A stretch of DNA of 64,000 nucleotides from NCBI RefSeq assembly GCF_963921235.1, contig NC_086108.1:22072001-22136000 (forward strand). Reading direction: 5' to 3'. This DNA comes from Mobula hypostoma. Taxonomy: Eukaryota. Made by a program: the position numbers and the translations under genes. The notes below the pieces were generated by a model. The model worked only from the letters and a program-made list of their open reading frames with translations. It had not been told where the DNA came from and ran no database searches. This document shows, piece after piece, positions 50,501 through 63,764 of the stretch (its first letter is position 1; each line of letters starts with the position of its first letter).

Positions 50501-53500
50501 GACAATAGACAATAGGTGCAGGAATAGGCCATTCGGCCCCTCGAGCCTGCACTGCCATTCACTGTGATCATGGCTGATCATCCACAATCAGTATCCAGAG
50601 TTCCTGCCTTATCCCCATAACCTTTGATTCTGCTATCTTTAAGAGCTCTGTCCATCTCTTTCTTGAAAGCATCCAGAGACTTGGCCTCCACAGCCTTCTG
50701 GGGTAGAGCATTTCATATATCCACCACTCTCTGGGTGAAAAAGTTTTTCCTCAACTCCGTTCTAAATGGCCTAGCCCTAATTCTTAAGCTGTGGCCTCTG
50801 GTTCTGGACTCACCCATCAGTGGGAACATTCCTGCCTCCAGCGTGTCCAATCCCATAATAATCTTATATGTTTCATTAAGATCCCTCTCAGCCTTCTAAA
50901 TTCCAGAGTATACAAGCCCAGTCGCTCCAACCTTTCAACATATGACAGTCCCGCCATCCTTGGGATCAACGTTGTGAACCTACGCTGCACTCCCTCAATA
51001 GCAAGAATGTCTTTCCTCAAATTTGGAGACCAAATCTGCACACAGTACTCCAGGTGTGGTCTCACCAGGGCCCTGTACAGCTGCAGAAGGACCTCTTTGC
51101 TCTTATACTCAATTCCCCTTGTTATGAAGGCCAGCATACCATTAGCTTTCTTCACTGCCTGCTGTACTTGCATGCTTGCTTTCAATGACTGATGTACAAG
51201 AACACCTAGATCTCATTGTACTTCCCCTTTTCCTAACTTGACTCCATTTAGCTAATAATCTGCCTTCCCGTTCTTACCACCAAAGTGGATAACCGCACAC
51301 TTATCCATATTTATCTGCATCTGCCATGGATCTGCCCACTCACCCAGCCTGTCCAAGTCACCCTGCATTCTCATAACATCCTCCTCACATTTCACACTGC
51401 CACCCAGCTTTGTGTCATTGGCAAATTTGCTAATGTTACTTTTAATTCCCTCATCTAAATCATTAATATATTTTGTAAACAGCTGCAGTCCCAGCACTGA
51501 ACCCTGCGGTACCCCACTGGTCACCACCTGCCATTCCGAAAGGGACCCGTTAATCGCTACTCTTTGTTTTCTGTCAGCCAGCCAATTTTCAATCCATGTC
51601 AGTACTCTGCCCCCAATACCATGTGCCCTAATTTTGCCCACTAATCTCCTCTGTGAGACTTTATCAAAGGCTTTCTGAAAGTCCAGGTACACTACATCCA
51701 CTGGCTCTCCCTTGTCCATTTTCATAGTTACATCCTCAAAAAATTCCAGAAGATTAGTCAAGCACGATTTCCGCTTCGTAAATCCATGCTGACTCAGACC
51801 GATCCTGTTACTGCTATCCAGATGTGTCGTAAGTTCATCTTTTATAATTGACTCCAGCATCTTTCCCACCACCGATGTCAGGCTAACCAGTCTATAGTTC
51901 CCTGTTTTCTCTCTTCCTCCCTTCTTGAAAAGAGGGACAATGTTAGCCACCCTCCAATCCACAGGAACTGATCCTGAATCTATAGAACATTGGAAAATGA
52001 TTACCAATGCACCTACGATTTCTAAAGCCACCTCCTTAAGTACCCCGGGATGCAGACCATCAGGTCCCGGGGACTTATCAGCCTTCAGACCCAAAAGCCT
52101 ATCCAACACCACTTCCTGCCTAATATAAATTTCCTTTGGTTCATCCATTGCCCTAGTTCCTTTGGCCACTATTATATCTGGGATATTGTTTGTGTCTTCC
52201 CTAGTGAAGACAGATCCAAAGTACCTTTTCAACTCGTCTGCCATTTCCTTGTTCCCCATAATAAATTCACCTGTTTCTGTCTTCAAGGACCCAATTTTGG
52301 TCTTAACTATTTTTTTTTCTTTTCACATATCTAAAGAAGCTTTTACTATCCTCCTTTATATTCTTAGCTAGTTTACCTTTGTACCTCATTTTTTCTCCAC
52401 ATATTGCCCTTTTAGTTACCTTCTGTTGCTCTTTAAAAATTTCCCAATCCTCTGGCTTCCTACTCGTCTTTGCTATGTTATACTTCTTCTCTTTTATTTT
52501 TATACTGTCCATTACTTCCCTTGTCAGCCACGGCCTCCCCTTACTCCCCTTAGGATCTTTCTTCCTCTTTGGAATGAACTGATCCTGCACCTTCCGCATT
52601 ATTCCCAGAAACACTTGCCATTGCTGTTCCGCTGTCATCCCTGCTAGGGTATTGTTCCATTGAACTTTGGCCAGCTCCTCCCTCATAGCACCATAGTTCC
52701 CTTTGTTTAACTGTAATACTGACACCTCCGAGTTTCCCTTCTCCCTCTCAAATTGTAGATTAAAACTTATCATATTATGGTCACTACCCCCTAATGGCTC
52801 CTTTACCTCGAGGTCCCTGATCAAATCCGGTTCATTGCACAACACTAAATCTAGAATTGCGTTCTCTCTGGTAAGCTCCAGCACAAGCTGTTCTAAGAAT
52901 CCATCTTGGAGGGACTCCACAAACTCCCTTTCTTGGGGTCCAGTACCAACCTGATTCCTCCAGTCTACCTGCATGTTGAAATCTCCCATAACAACTGTAG
53001 CATTACCTTTGCGACATGCCAATTTTAACTCTTGATTCAACTTACACCCTACATCCAGACTACTGTTTGGGGGCCTGTAGATAACTCCCATTAGGGTCTT
53101 TCTACCCTTAGAATTTCTCAGTTCTATCCATACTGACTCTACGTCTCCTGATTCTATGTCCCCCCTCGCAAGGGACTGAATATCATTCTTCGCCAACAGA
53201 GCTACCCCACCCCCTCTGCCCATCAGTCTGTCCTTTTGATAGGACGTATACCCTTGAATATTCATTTCCCAGGCCCTGTCCACTTGAAGCCATGTCTCTG
53301 TTATTCCCACAACATCATACTTACCAATTTCCAACTGTGCCTCAAGCTCATCCACTTTATTTCTTATACTCCGTGCATTCATATATAATACTTTTAATTC
53401 ATTACTCCCCTCCCCTCCCATATCAATTCCTATTTCACTTGGCCACACTGTACGATCCCCTCTTGAGCTTTCTGCTCTGCTGATTCTGCTGTCTTTCTTA

Positions 53501-53600
53501 ACTTTTCTTATTCTCACTTTTCCTTTATCTCCATCCTTATATTTCCAGTTCGTCCCCTCCCCCCACTACTTAGTCTAAACACACCCATGTTGCAGAGACT
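50501..53600 (-). mobile_element. CR1 LINE with near-complete but disabled ORF2 (APE endonuclease + RT)
   Basis: ORFs 52303-53517 (NARSIRNK, VGITETWL, VIYRPP, MGDFN, SDHN), 51252-52286 (RT; FADD mutated to FAND) and 50817-51185. Tail gacaatagacaatag. Same family as 8765-10392. Confidence 0.95.
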
Positions 53601-53767
53601 GATTGTAGTCAGTAAATCATCATAAACACTCTGAACTGTAATGATATCCCAGCTCAAGCAGAAGTTCTAACTATCAAGGCCTAGTGTTCCAGTAGCTTGA
53701 AATGGATGTGCAGAATGGGTGTCGCGATGACCACTTTGATTGAGACGTCCAATCACTGAAATACCAC

Positions 53768-54296
53768 CAGACATCCCACCTCTCCCGGAAGTTCCGGGAG
53801 TCACCCGCATATTAATAGTGGCTCCCTGATGCTCGCAAATTATATACAATGTCCGGGAAACCAATTTTTTTGAGAGCGAGAGAGAGAGCGCGGGAGAGCG
53901 ACCACGGGGGGGGGGAGGGAGAGGGGAGAGGGAGTGTGTGCCATGGCAGAGTGTTCCAAAAAAAAAGAAAATATAAAACGTACGTCACCCTAGACTACAC
54001 TAAAGTGTACCCCTGCCTAATAGGGGTCAAAATTAATGACAGTGTTGCTCGCTGCACTGTTCGCAACAGTGATTTTTCTATTGCCCATGGTGGGTTAAGA
54101 CTGTAAAAGACATGCTGAGGTGAGTTTAACAGGTGTCATTCGTTCATTAGCATAACTAACGTTATTTAAACTAGCTGGCTAGCTGCTAAGGAGCTACTCT
54201 ATGCAGACATCCCACCTCTCCCGGAAGTTCCGGGAGTCTCCCGCAAATTGATGGTGCTACCTCCCTGAAATGAGTTTTTGCAGGGTGGGATGTTTG
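53768..54296. mobile_element. Non-autonomous DNA transposon with 6-bp TSD and an internally repeated end
   Basis: TIRs cagacatcccacc / ggtgggatgtttg. TACCAC at 53762-53767 and 54297-54302. Left end repeated at 54204-54244. Confidence 0.75.
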
Positions 54297-54365
54297 TACC
54301 ACTGATATGCTCAAGTCTTCGGGGATGACTGAATGGTAGCTAAAGGTATTTGCAAGTCAAGAACA

Positions 54366-55869
54366 CAGTGCCTTGTAAAAGTATTCAGCCTTCAACCCTT
54401 TGTTCACATAAATGAGTATTACAATTAAGGATTTTGAACAGTTTAACTGAGATATTTATTTGTGAATCACGTGGCCCTTTCTTCACATCAGAGCCCAAAA
54501 ACAAGAAAAATTGTAAAGCATGAAAAACAAAAAAAATTCAAAAACTGAAATGTCATCAGTTCAAGAAGATTCAACCCCACCCCCCCCCCCCACCCCACCC
54601 CGGGCTTGGTACTTAGTTCAACCACTTTTCACAGCTATTACAGCCAGTAGTCTTTTTTGATAGGTCTTAATTAACTTTGCACAACATGATGGAACAAGAT
54701 TTGCCCAATCAAGCTGTGCCAGTTGAGCTGGGGAGTGGCAGTGGACAATAATCTGAAGCTCTTGCCAGAGATAATCGACTGGGTTAAGGTCTGGACACTG
54801 ACTAGGCCACTCAAGGACATCAATTTTCTTCATTTGAAACCACTCTATGGTTGCTCTGGCACTATGCTTTGGGTCATTGTTCTGCTGAAAGACGAACTTC
54901 CTTCCCAGTTTAAGCTTTTTGGCAGAAGCTGGCATGCTATTATCAAGGATCTCTCTGTATATCTCTTTCCATCAATCCTGTTCAGATTTCCATTCCCTGC
55001 TGCTGAAAAGCAATCCCATAGCATGATGCTACCTCCACCATACTTTACAGTAGGGAAGGTGTTAACTGGCTGGTGCGTAGTATTAGATTTATGCCACACA
55101 TCCATTCAGTGTTGAGGCCAAAAAATTCAACTTTAGTCTCATCTGACCACAAAGCTTTCTTGCTCATCTTTACAGTCTCTTTTAAGTGATGTTTTTCAAA
55201 CCCTTACAGGCAAGAATGTGCTTTTTTGTTTTAGCCAGGGCTTCTTCTTTGCCACTATTTCATAAATACCCTTTTTGTACAAGGCCTTAGAAATTGTGAA
55301 ACCATGAAATTCATCTCCATTTGCAGCCACAGACATCACAGTACCCTTCCTTTCAAGTGTCATTCTTCTCTGGCGATTAAGTTTAGAGGGGTGGTCTGAC
55401 CTAGGTAGTGTAGCTGTAGTTTCATATTTTTTCTACTTTTTTCACAATGGTCTGCACTGAGCTCCAAAGGATGTTCATTGTCTTTGAGATGGACTTGTAC
55501 CCTTCCCCCTTATCTCTATTATCAATCCCTGACTTGTCTTGAGTGCTCTTTTTTCTTCATTTGATTTGGTCTGTTGAAAATCTACCATGCTATTGGACCT
55601 TTCAAAGAGAGGGGTACTTATTCTTATGAATTCATTGAAATTTTTTACATGAACACATTTGGTGAGTTGGTACGACAATACTATATATTGCACCTGAGGA
55701 AAGTTGACATAGTAATTACAAAGGGGATGTATACTTTTTCAGCCTCACATTTGACATGATGTTTTGTAGATTCACTCAAAATTCTCCTTCAATATATTTT
55801 AAATTTTAGAAAATGAGACAGTAAAATATGAAAGTAGTTGTTGGGGCTGAATACTTTTTCAAAGTTCTG
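54366..55869 (-). mobile_element. Tc1-family transposon, degenerate
   Basis: TIRs cagtgccttgtaaaagtattcagcc / ggctgaatactttttcaaagttctg. [24 protein letters not shown] and WPSQCPDLNP motifs. Confidence 0.88.
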
Positions 55870-55889
55870 TATAAACAAAATGATGGACA

Positions 55890-56380
55890 AACTAATGATG
55901 GATAGACAAAACAGATCAGGCAGCATCTATGGAGAGAGAATTGCTTTAATATTGCAGACCTGGGATGCTTCATCAGAAAGTAGCCTTTAAGGTTCAGAAT
56001 CAAAATTAAGTAACCCTTTTTCTCTGTCTCTATCAGTACCGGCCATTTCTTGCTATCATCATATTTGCATAGTTTTTCTTTAGTAGCGTCTGGTCTGCTG
56101 GGGGTGACCCAGAACCTTACCATTAGCAGCACGTTACATGGACAAAGAAGTTCAATCTGGTTTTAACTGCCATATTAAATCCTCTGGTCAGATCCTATTG
56201 GAGATGTTCCCTTTGTCCTCCCTACCCTTCCCCCATCTCTTCTACTAACTTGTTTTCTTTGTTCTGATGATGGATCCTGGATCTAAAACGTTAACCATTT
56301 CTTTTTCCATGGATGCTGACTGCCTGTTGAGTGTTTGTGGCATTTTCTGTCTTTATTTCAGACTTTCAGTATCTGCATAT
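55890..56380. mobile_element. Old PLE-end remnants in inverted orientation, with decayed hammerheads
   Basis: caggcagcatctatgg...cttcatcagaa (minus, 55918-55978) and gttCTGATGAtggatcctggatctAAAACGTTaac...gatgctgactgcctgttgag (plus, 56261-56330). Confidence 0.5.
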
Positions 56381-59300
56381 TAAAAAATTCTTAATGAAAA
56401 TATGATACATATATTCATACATACTGTGTTCACTTTCAATTTTGGATGCCTGTCTTCGTACAAAATTGCTGAATTTTAGTTTGCTAATGAATAACAGCAA
56501 GGAATTATCTTAAAATTGAAAATAGCTGTTGTGCAACGAATATTCTTCAAAACAAGGTTGCATGGAGTTTGCAATCTTTGGCATTTTTAAAATTAAATTG
56601 TCCAAGGCAATTTAATTAAACAAATGAGTCATTGTGAGGTTTTCATCCTTATTCAAAGGATCTGAGTTCTAGGACAAGCACAAACCAAGGCAAACACTTT
56701 GTTAAGTACCATGGGAGTGCTGCTGTTCAACGTGCAGAATGTAATTTTACATGATTTAGAGTATCATTGTGGCCCATGTAACATGAGAGTTTAACTGCAT
56801 GTGTCAGTTTTACCTCTTCATTTGAATGTAGATGCTAGGCAGTGAAGTGAGATTATATGTTACCTTAATTCTGTTGTAGCTCATCTGTTTCAAAGAATGT
56901 TTTTTTATGAATGTGCTCATTTCCTTTCCTTAACTGTTCATGTTTTCTTTCATAACCTTACTCTCTGTGAAAGACTTAATGGCACACAATCCTATATATC
57001 TTGTTTGGCATAATACAATTGTGCCTGCTAAATTTGAGATTTATTGATGAAAGGCATATTCCTTTCTGGGATTGCTTCATGCAGCCGTTATTCTGCCATC
57101 CTGTGTGGTTCTAATTAGCATTTATTTTGTTCAGTCGATATTTTACTTTTGCTTTCATCATTCAGTTTCCTGATTTGTTGCATTTAATTAAAACTGTGTG
57201 GCTACCTATGCAAGAAATTCATACTTGCTAAATGTCAGCTTTCATATTAATAGGGGGTAAACCAGTTTAAAATATTTTTAAAATCTTTTTTTTCTCTTGT
57301 TGTTTTAAGGATAAATTATGATGGTGTACATTTTATCCCTTGTTCCTGGCTTTGTACAATTAATAAGCTGTGTTCTGGCTAGTAGGTATCTTTTATTGTA
57401 CTTCTGACCATCCATCATTCTATATTTAATCCCTGTCACTACAGTTTAACTTGGCCTGAATCCAGATGAAAGCATCTGTATGAGAGCATTTTACGCAGTG
57501 GGCTGCTGCACTCGAGCTCATTGCTCAGCTGGAGTTTGCTCAGAGAGGCTGAAGATGTCATGTGATGGACAGTACATCTCGAGGTGAAATTACTATTGTT
57601 CATTTTGAGGGTCACATTGATTTCTTCTGCTGTGTTTGTTGTGCTATTAAGCGAGCGCTGCAGTAAAGAAGCAGGATTCAAGTGACTGTGGTGCTCATGG
57701 CCCCTGCTGGCTTCAGACACTAATCTTCTCATAGGTGCATTGCCATAACAACTGCCCCAGGTGGGTCAAAACAATATACGTCAGGCCCATGTTTTGCTGT
57801 TTCAGAGGCAGTGATGAATTGTTAGATTTGTTTAAGAATCACTAACAGCCCTTTGAACAGTGTGCTTCCTTGTGTTGAGCAGAGTACTGAAATATGCAAA
57901 GAACGAATCACTGCTTCTTGTGCCTGGAAGTGAAGAAAATCATTCGAATCCCATTGTATTCCAGGAAGAAATGAGAGTGCTTTGACCTAGACTAGCTGTG
58001 TGTTTGAAAGGAGAATTTGAAGACTGGCTGTTTTAATGCCTCTGATGGGTAGAACTTGGAAGAATCTTGCCTTCTTCTGCACAAGGATTGCCAACAAGTG
58101 AAGATAATTCACATATTCAGCCAAGTAATTTAACCAAGGGGGGGAAATGCCCCAGCCCTCGAGTGATCAGAACATGGTGGATACTTGGCTCTGCTCTTTC
58201 AGGAGAAAAACTAGTATGTTTCACGGCTTTGACTAAAATGATGAGGACTGCTTTTTTTTTGTCTTATGGGAGAAGGAGTAATAACTGGAGATGACCTGAT
58301 AACTGGCCTGTAATGGAATACTTCAATTGTTAAAATTGGAGTCTCTTCTGAAAAAGCTTTATTTTGAAACTTTTTTTCCCATGGAGTTTTAAAAGTGTGT
58401 AAGCCTGCAATGTGGAGATGACCAGGGTAGTTTGTTTTAACAGACATAATGTTTTCAGGAGCAAAACTATCATTGATGGAATTAACCTCTGAAGATTTGA
58501 AGGCCACTTGAGGTCTTGAAAATACTGGAGAACCATCATACTCAAGGTGTGTTTTGAAGATTGTTGTGAGAATTGGCTTTACCTTTGGTCTTGGGAGAAG
58601 GGGGAAGGTGAAGTCACTTTTTCCCATAACTGGTAGCACCATCATCATGATCTGGGGATGTTCTGTTAAGTGGCTTCGTTGCTGTCTAATGTAAGTATAA
58701 TATTATGTCAGTTTGTTTGAGCACTTTCCAGGCTTAACAACAGAATTTTGAAAAATACTATGTGTGCTTGATGCCATTGATGTTTTGACATGGAGATTAC
58801 ATTTTTGGATGCTTTCTTCTGCGCCCCAGTGTCTGGCCTGTGTGTTTCTTATTGCCTGCACGTGTGTGGCCCACTGACTTGTTATCATGTCTTCAGCTGT
58901 AGTGTGGCAACCTACCACAAAATGATGACTAGCATTAGTTAATCATTGCTATTGTTTCATTTTTCTTCAAACCTCCTTGCCCAGCTCCAGCTGATTACAA
59001 AAGCATGTTCTCCAGGCCTATAATGAAGAGTTGATGATACGAATTTGCAACTATAATTTCCACATGAAGAAAAGTGATTATAGGTGTTACTGCAGTTGCA
59101 AGCATTCATGCTATGTTGAAGTCTTTGTAAATTTACTCACTGACTCACACTAAGTTTCCTTTGCAAATGAGAATGTGTTATTGCTATAAAGGCAAATTAG
59201 AAGTGACTATTAGCTAAATTTATCTGTGCATAGGAACCCCAAGATATCAGAAGCTAGCCTAAATGTGGTGCATTGAAATGACACTTGGGTCAGCGCTTCT

Positions 59301-60224
59301 ATGATGAAGAATTCAATAGGGTCGGAGATTAACTGATTTCACTACATTTCTTAGAATAAAGATACAGAATAAGAATGTGTACGGTATGCCTTGCCTTGGG
59401 TCATATTTCTGAATCGGTCAACTTGTTCCACTGAAACAGTGGAACATTTTTCTGAGCAATTCTATGTGTTTAATGAAAATACTGTACAAGCTTATAAATG
59501 TACTTTTTCACTTTACGGATGCAGATTTGCTTTTTAAAGAAAACTGTGACTGGTATGGTTGTTTTGCCCCTGCATGCAGGTTTCTTGATGAATTATGGGA
59601 AGAGATAAAGTTATAGAATTCTTTCAAAGAATTTAAATTGCAAGCATAAAGGTTGTGAGACTGCACATGGAGATTTAACCCCCATCAATGTGAGAACATG
59701 AAAGAATTACCTTTTGCAGGCTGGTTTGTGGACTATAGTGAAAGGAGGGGGTTTGCTAGTGAGCAAGGAAGTCATCAAGTCACCCTTCCTACCCCTCCGC
59801 CTGCAGAGAGCATTAAGATATATCCATTATTGTGCATACATTGTTCTTCTGGGAGGACTTAGTGAGCTATTTTTTTTTATTCATGCTGTCTTTATTCTTA
59901 AGCTCTGAATGTTTTTCAAAATAAAAACGGTACAAAAGCAGAACAGCAGTATCCATTCCTACCTCTGAGTCAAATCTATTTTTGGAATCCATGGAAAACC
60001 ACAATTGTTCCAGACTTTAAATGGAGGATGCTTTAAATGTGCCTTCTTAAATCTAAGCTTGTTTGTTGTTCAGTGCTTTTTCACGTCCCCAAAGCGTTTG
60101 TTAATGTACTGGTTGAATTGAATTGTTTAATGGCTTTGCAGTATTTGACATTGCACACAAGCTGCGGTTTCATTTTTTGTTTTGCATATGTGCTGACTTG
60201 TCAGTTTCCCAACTAAACTGAAGC

Positions 60225-60445
60225 ATGGCCCTGGCACTCATGGAACCTTACTTTTTCAAGCTTTATACGTTTTTGAAGATCTGTACTCTGCATCTCTTTC
60301 ACTGGAGCAGCAATGTTAGGAGGGTTAGGGTAAACATCTATGTTTTTCCTGTTAATCAGAGAACAGACCTTGGAGCTGTACAGGGAACAAATTTCTATTT
60401 TCAAATTTATATTAAGGGTGTCCATATTACCTGCAGTGAATGCTG
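60225..60445 (+). CDS. Candidate alternative first coding exon of the RasGAP gene
   Basis: ATG in strong Kozak context (aagcATGG). 73 open codons end at a consensus donor CTG|GTAAGT (60446-60451) in phase 2, in frame with the 63765 exon (TG+G = Trp). Lies in a TE-poor region. Confidence 0.5.
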
Positions 60446-61826
60446 GTAAGTTCCTGGTCTTTGTCTTATTAGAAATTTCCAGGCAAGGTCCAGGCATTTC
60501 TCTCTTCATTTGGAAAAAAAATAGAGAGCAGATTTTTGCTCTTGCAGTTCCTTCAAAGTATCCAGCGCATTAGCATTGGTCTGATAGGCATGCATGGCAT
60601 GGTGCCTGCAGGCTTGTAAAGAGGAAGAACAAACTATAGAAGGTGATTTTTTAAATGTCTTTCTAATTACTAAAATATAAGCAAGTAATTTTAATTGTTC
60701 AAGGTTACTATGTTTTAAATATCTTCCGCATTACTTGCCTGAGGTTATAAACCATTGAGTAAGTTTTTCATGGGAGAATGTATTTTTCTATTTAGGAACT
60801 GAGAGAATAGTTATGACAGCTAATGACACACCCATCCCCTCAGTAAAATGCAAGTATATTCCTCTTCAAAAAAAAAATAGCAGATTGTGTGCTGTTGAGC
60901 CAAAATAGTTTGGAGCATCCTGAGGTTTAATCACTACTCTTGTGTGGATTTGAGTGATAAAAGAATGAATCCTGGTTTTTGCCAATGATGCCAGTCTAAA
61001 TTGAAATTACACTGTGTACATTTTCCAGCAAATATTGAACGTATTGGCTGTGATTTCCCTGCCCTGCCCTTAATGTGAATAACTACCTACATCTTTAGTC
61101 AAAGCTGACATACAAGTATTACCAGCGGAATGAGGCATTGTGGAGCTCCTGATATCACGTTTGGGTTGGTGCCACTTAAAAAAGGGAGAAAAAAATAAAT
61201 GGGAGCAAAGCAGTCTGTGATTCCATTTTGTAATTTTTTTTATTTGTCAGCCATTGCTATTAAGTACTTTATTTGGGGAACTAGTTAATATTTCAGTGAA
61301 CAGGTGATCAGCTGGTTAGTTGTGAAGAGGAGATCAGAGACGTTCATATCTTGATGGAGAATTAGCTTCATATTTTCCTTAACAACCATGTTTTCTGTTA
61401 ACTCTTGGCTGTGTGCAAATTTTTTGCAGAGAGAACTTCAAGGGTATAGTGGTGTCACTGTGAAAAGGCAGGTGCTTTAAGAAGGCAAATACTTTCTGAC
61501 TCCTAAAAGGATTTACTCTGCAAAGTAAATTAGAATATTGCATTCTAATCAAATTTGTTCAAAATGAAAATAAGCTGATGATTTTTTTCCCATTGTCATT
61601 TTGCTGTGTAATCTTGATGTGTGATATTGCATTGTCATTTTGCAATTTTTTTCAATACCTGAAGGTTTCAGCAATGATATGCTGATAAACTATGGACATT
61701 GGTCCAGTATAATCACTCATTTGCTGCAAGGTACCACTTTTTTTAGTTTCTATATAAAGAAAGATATATTTCTGTTGTGTGTTTTTTTTCTGTGAATTTA
61801 CCCCTTCCCACTATTATATTCATGTA

Positions 61827-63606
61827 CAGTGGATTTCAGTTAATTAGGCCAAATGGCCCGTTGAGTCTGACTGCCATTCATCATGGCTGATTTATTTTCC
61901 CTCACAATCCTATTCTCTTGTCTTCTCCCCATAACCTTAGATGCCCTGACTAACCAAGAATCTCCTTTAAATATACCCAATGACTTGGCCTCCACAGCGG
62001 TATGTGGCAATGAATTCTATAGATTCACCACAATCTGGCTAAAGAAATTCCTTCTCATCTCTGTTCTAAGTGGAGATCCCTCTTTTCTGAGGTTCTGTTC
62101 TCTGGTCCCAGACACTCACTATAGGAAGCATCCTCTCCACCTCCACTCAGTCTCGCCCTTTCATTATTCAACAGGTTTCAATAAGATCTCTCCTCATGCT
62201 TTTAAACTCTAGCAAGTACAGGTACAAAGCTGTCAAATGCTCCTCACTTGTTAACCTTTTCGTATCAAGAGCCATTGTTGTGAATCTCCTCTGGGCCCTC
62301 TCCAGTACCAGCATATTTTTTCTTTGAAAGGGTCCCAAGATTGCTCACAATGCTCCAAATGTGGTCTGACCAGTGCCTTATAAAGCCTCATATTGCATCT
62401 ATGTTTTTATTTTCTAATCCTCTCGAAATAAATGCGAACATTACATTTCATTTCCTTACTACTGACTTAACCTTACAAGTTAATCTTTAGAAAATTCTAC
62501 ACAGACTCCCAAGTCCCTATACACCTCTGATTTTTGAATTTCCTCCCTGTTTAGCCTTTATTCCTTCTACCAAAGTACATGACCATACACTTCTCTACAC
62601 TATATTCCATCTGCTCTTTCTTTGCCCATTCTCCCAATTTGTTTAAGACCTTCTACATATTCCGTGCTTCCTCAACATTACCTGCCCTTCCACCTGCCTT
62701 TGTATAGTCCACAAACTTGGCCACAAAGCCATCAATTCTGTCATCCAAATCATTGATATATAACATGAAAAGTGGTCCCAGTACCGACTTCTGTGGAACA
62801 CCACTTGTCACCAGCAGCAAACCAAAATAGGCCCCCTTTCAGGTCATTGTTTAATTGGGGCAGCCGCTTAATTAGAACAACCCTTAAAATATAAAAACTA
62901 ATTGAAAAAATAGCTGGGATTTCCTTCATTTATTTGGGACAATATGCTGCTTAATTGGGACAGCAGATTTGCTGAACAATTCCTAACTATCGTCAGTTGC
63001 CTGCACATGAGTGGCCATTAGATACTACACTGCGATTGGAGCAAATAGTTTGTAACTTCCATTAGTAGCGTGTGTTTGTGTTCAAAAAGCAGTGATTTTT
63101 GTCACTGATAGTTGGCAAAGAATAAGCAGTAAGACAATTCAGAACCGTTTAGCTCACTGCAGTTTCAAGCTTCATGCCTGAAAATGCTAGAAATGGCTGT
63201 GAGTGAAGTTAACAAGTTAGGAACTACCTAAGCTGGGAAGAATTTGAAGGTACCATCGATCATCTTGAATGTTAGAATAAAGTTGAAGATTTGGAAGATG
63301 CATTTGTCAGAAGCATTGTATGAAGGTAGTCCATTATCTGCTAAGTGTTTGCGCTGATTTTCTTCATTTACAGCCTATTCTCCTTTGATAACTAATACAC
63401 AGCTTTATAGTACAGTAGTAGTATTGGCAATGTTCTAATTTGTTCTGTATTACATTTAAATACATAATTTGTTGCTCAGTTAAATGTAGTTTGTCTTTTT
63501 TAATGCATTTTTAACTAATTCAATGTAACTTAGGCTAACTGGCGCAGCCACTTAATTGAACCAAAATGTGCTGGTCTGATGTGTCCTGGTTAACTGGAAT
63601 CCACTG
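61827..63606. mobile_element. Tigger/pogo-like element with TA TSD, containing a CR1 insertion
   Basis: TA|cagtggatttcagttaa ... ttaactggaatccactg|TA. Confidence 0.7.
61850..62840 (-). mobile_element. CR1 LINE 3' fragment
   Basis: Collinear with 50520-51530 (gacttggcctccacagc, gtggtctgaccag, ggaacaccacttgtcacc). Confidence 0.8.
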
Positions 63607-63764
63607 TATTATTTTCTAACAGACAAGTACAATCATTAATGGTTCTACTCTTCATTATCTCTTAAATCTCTTGTGTTTGTTTATAGAATAGGATTGGTAA
63701 AACTGAAGTTTTTATTTGTTCTATGTGATGCATTTTACCATGAATTATTTATTGTTCTTTGCAG

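Noticed and set aside
57439..58918. Minus-strand ORFs (97, 145 and 71 aa) in the TE-poor island
   Set aside because: No recognisable motifs or convincing splice signals; lengths are compatible with chance.
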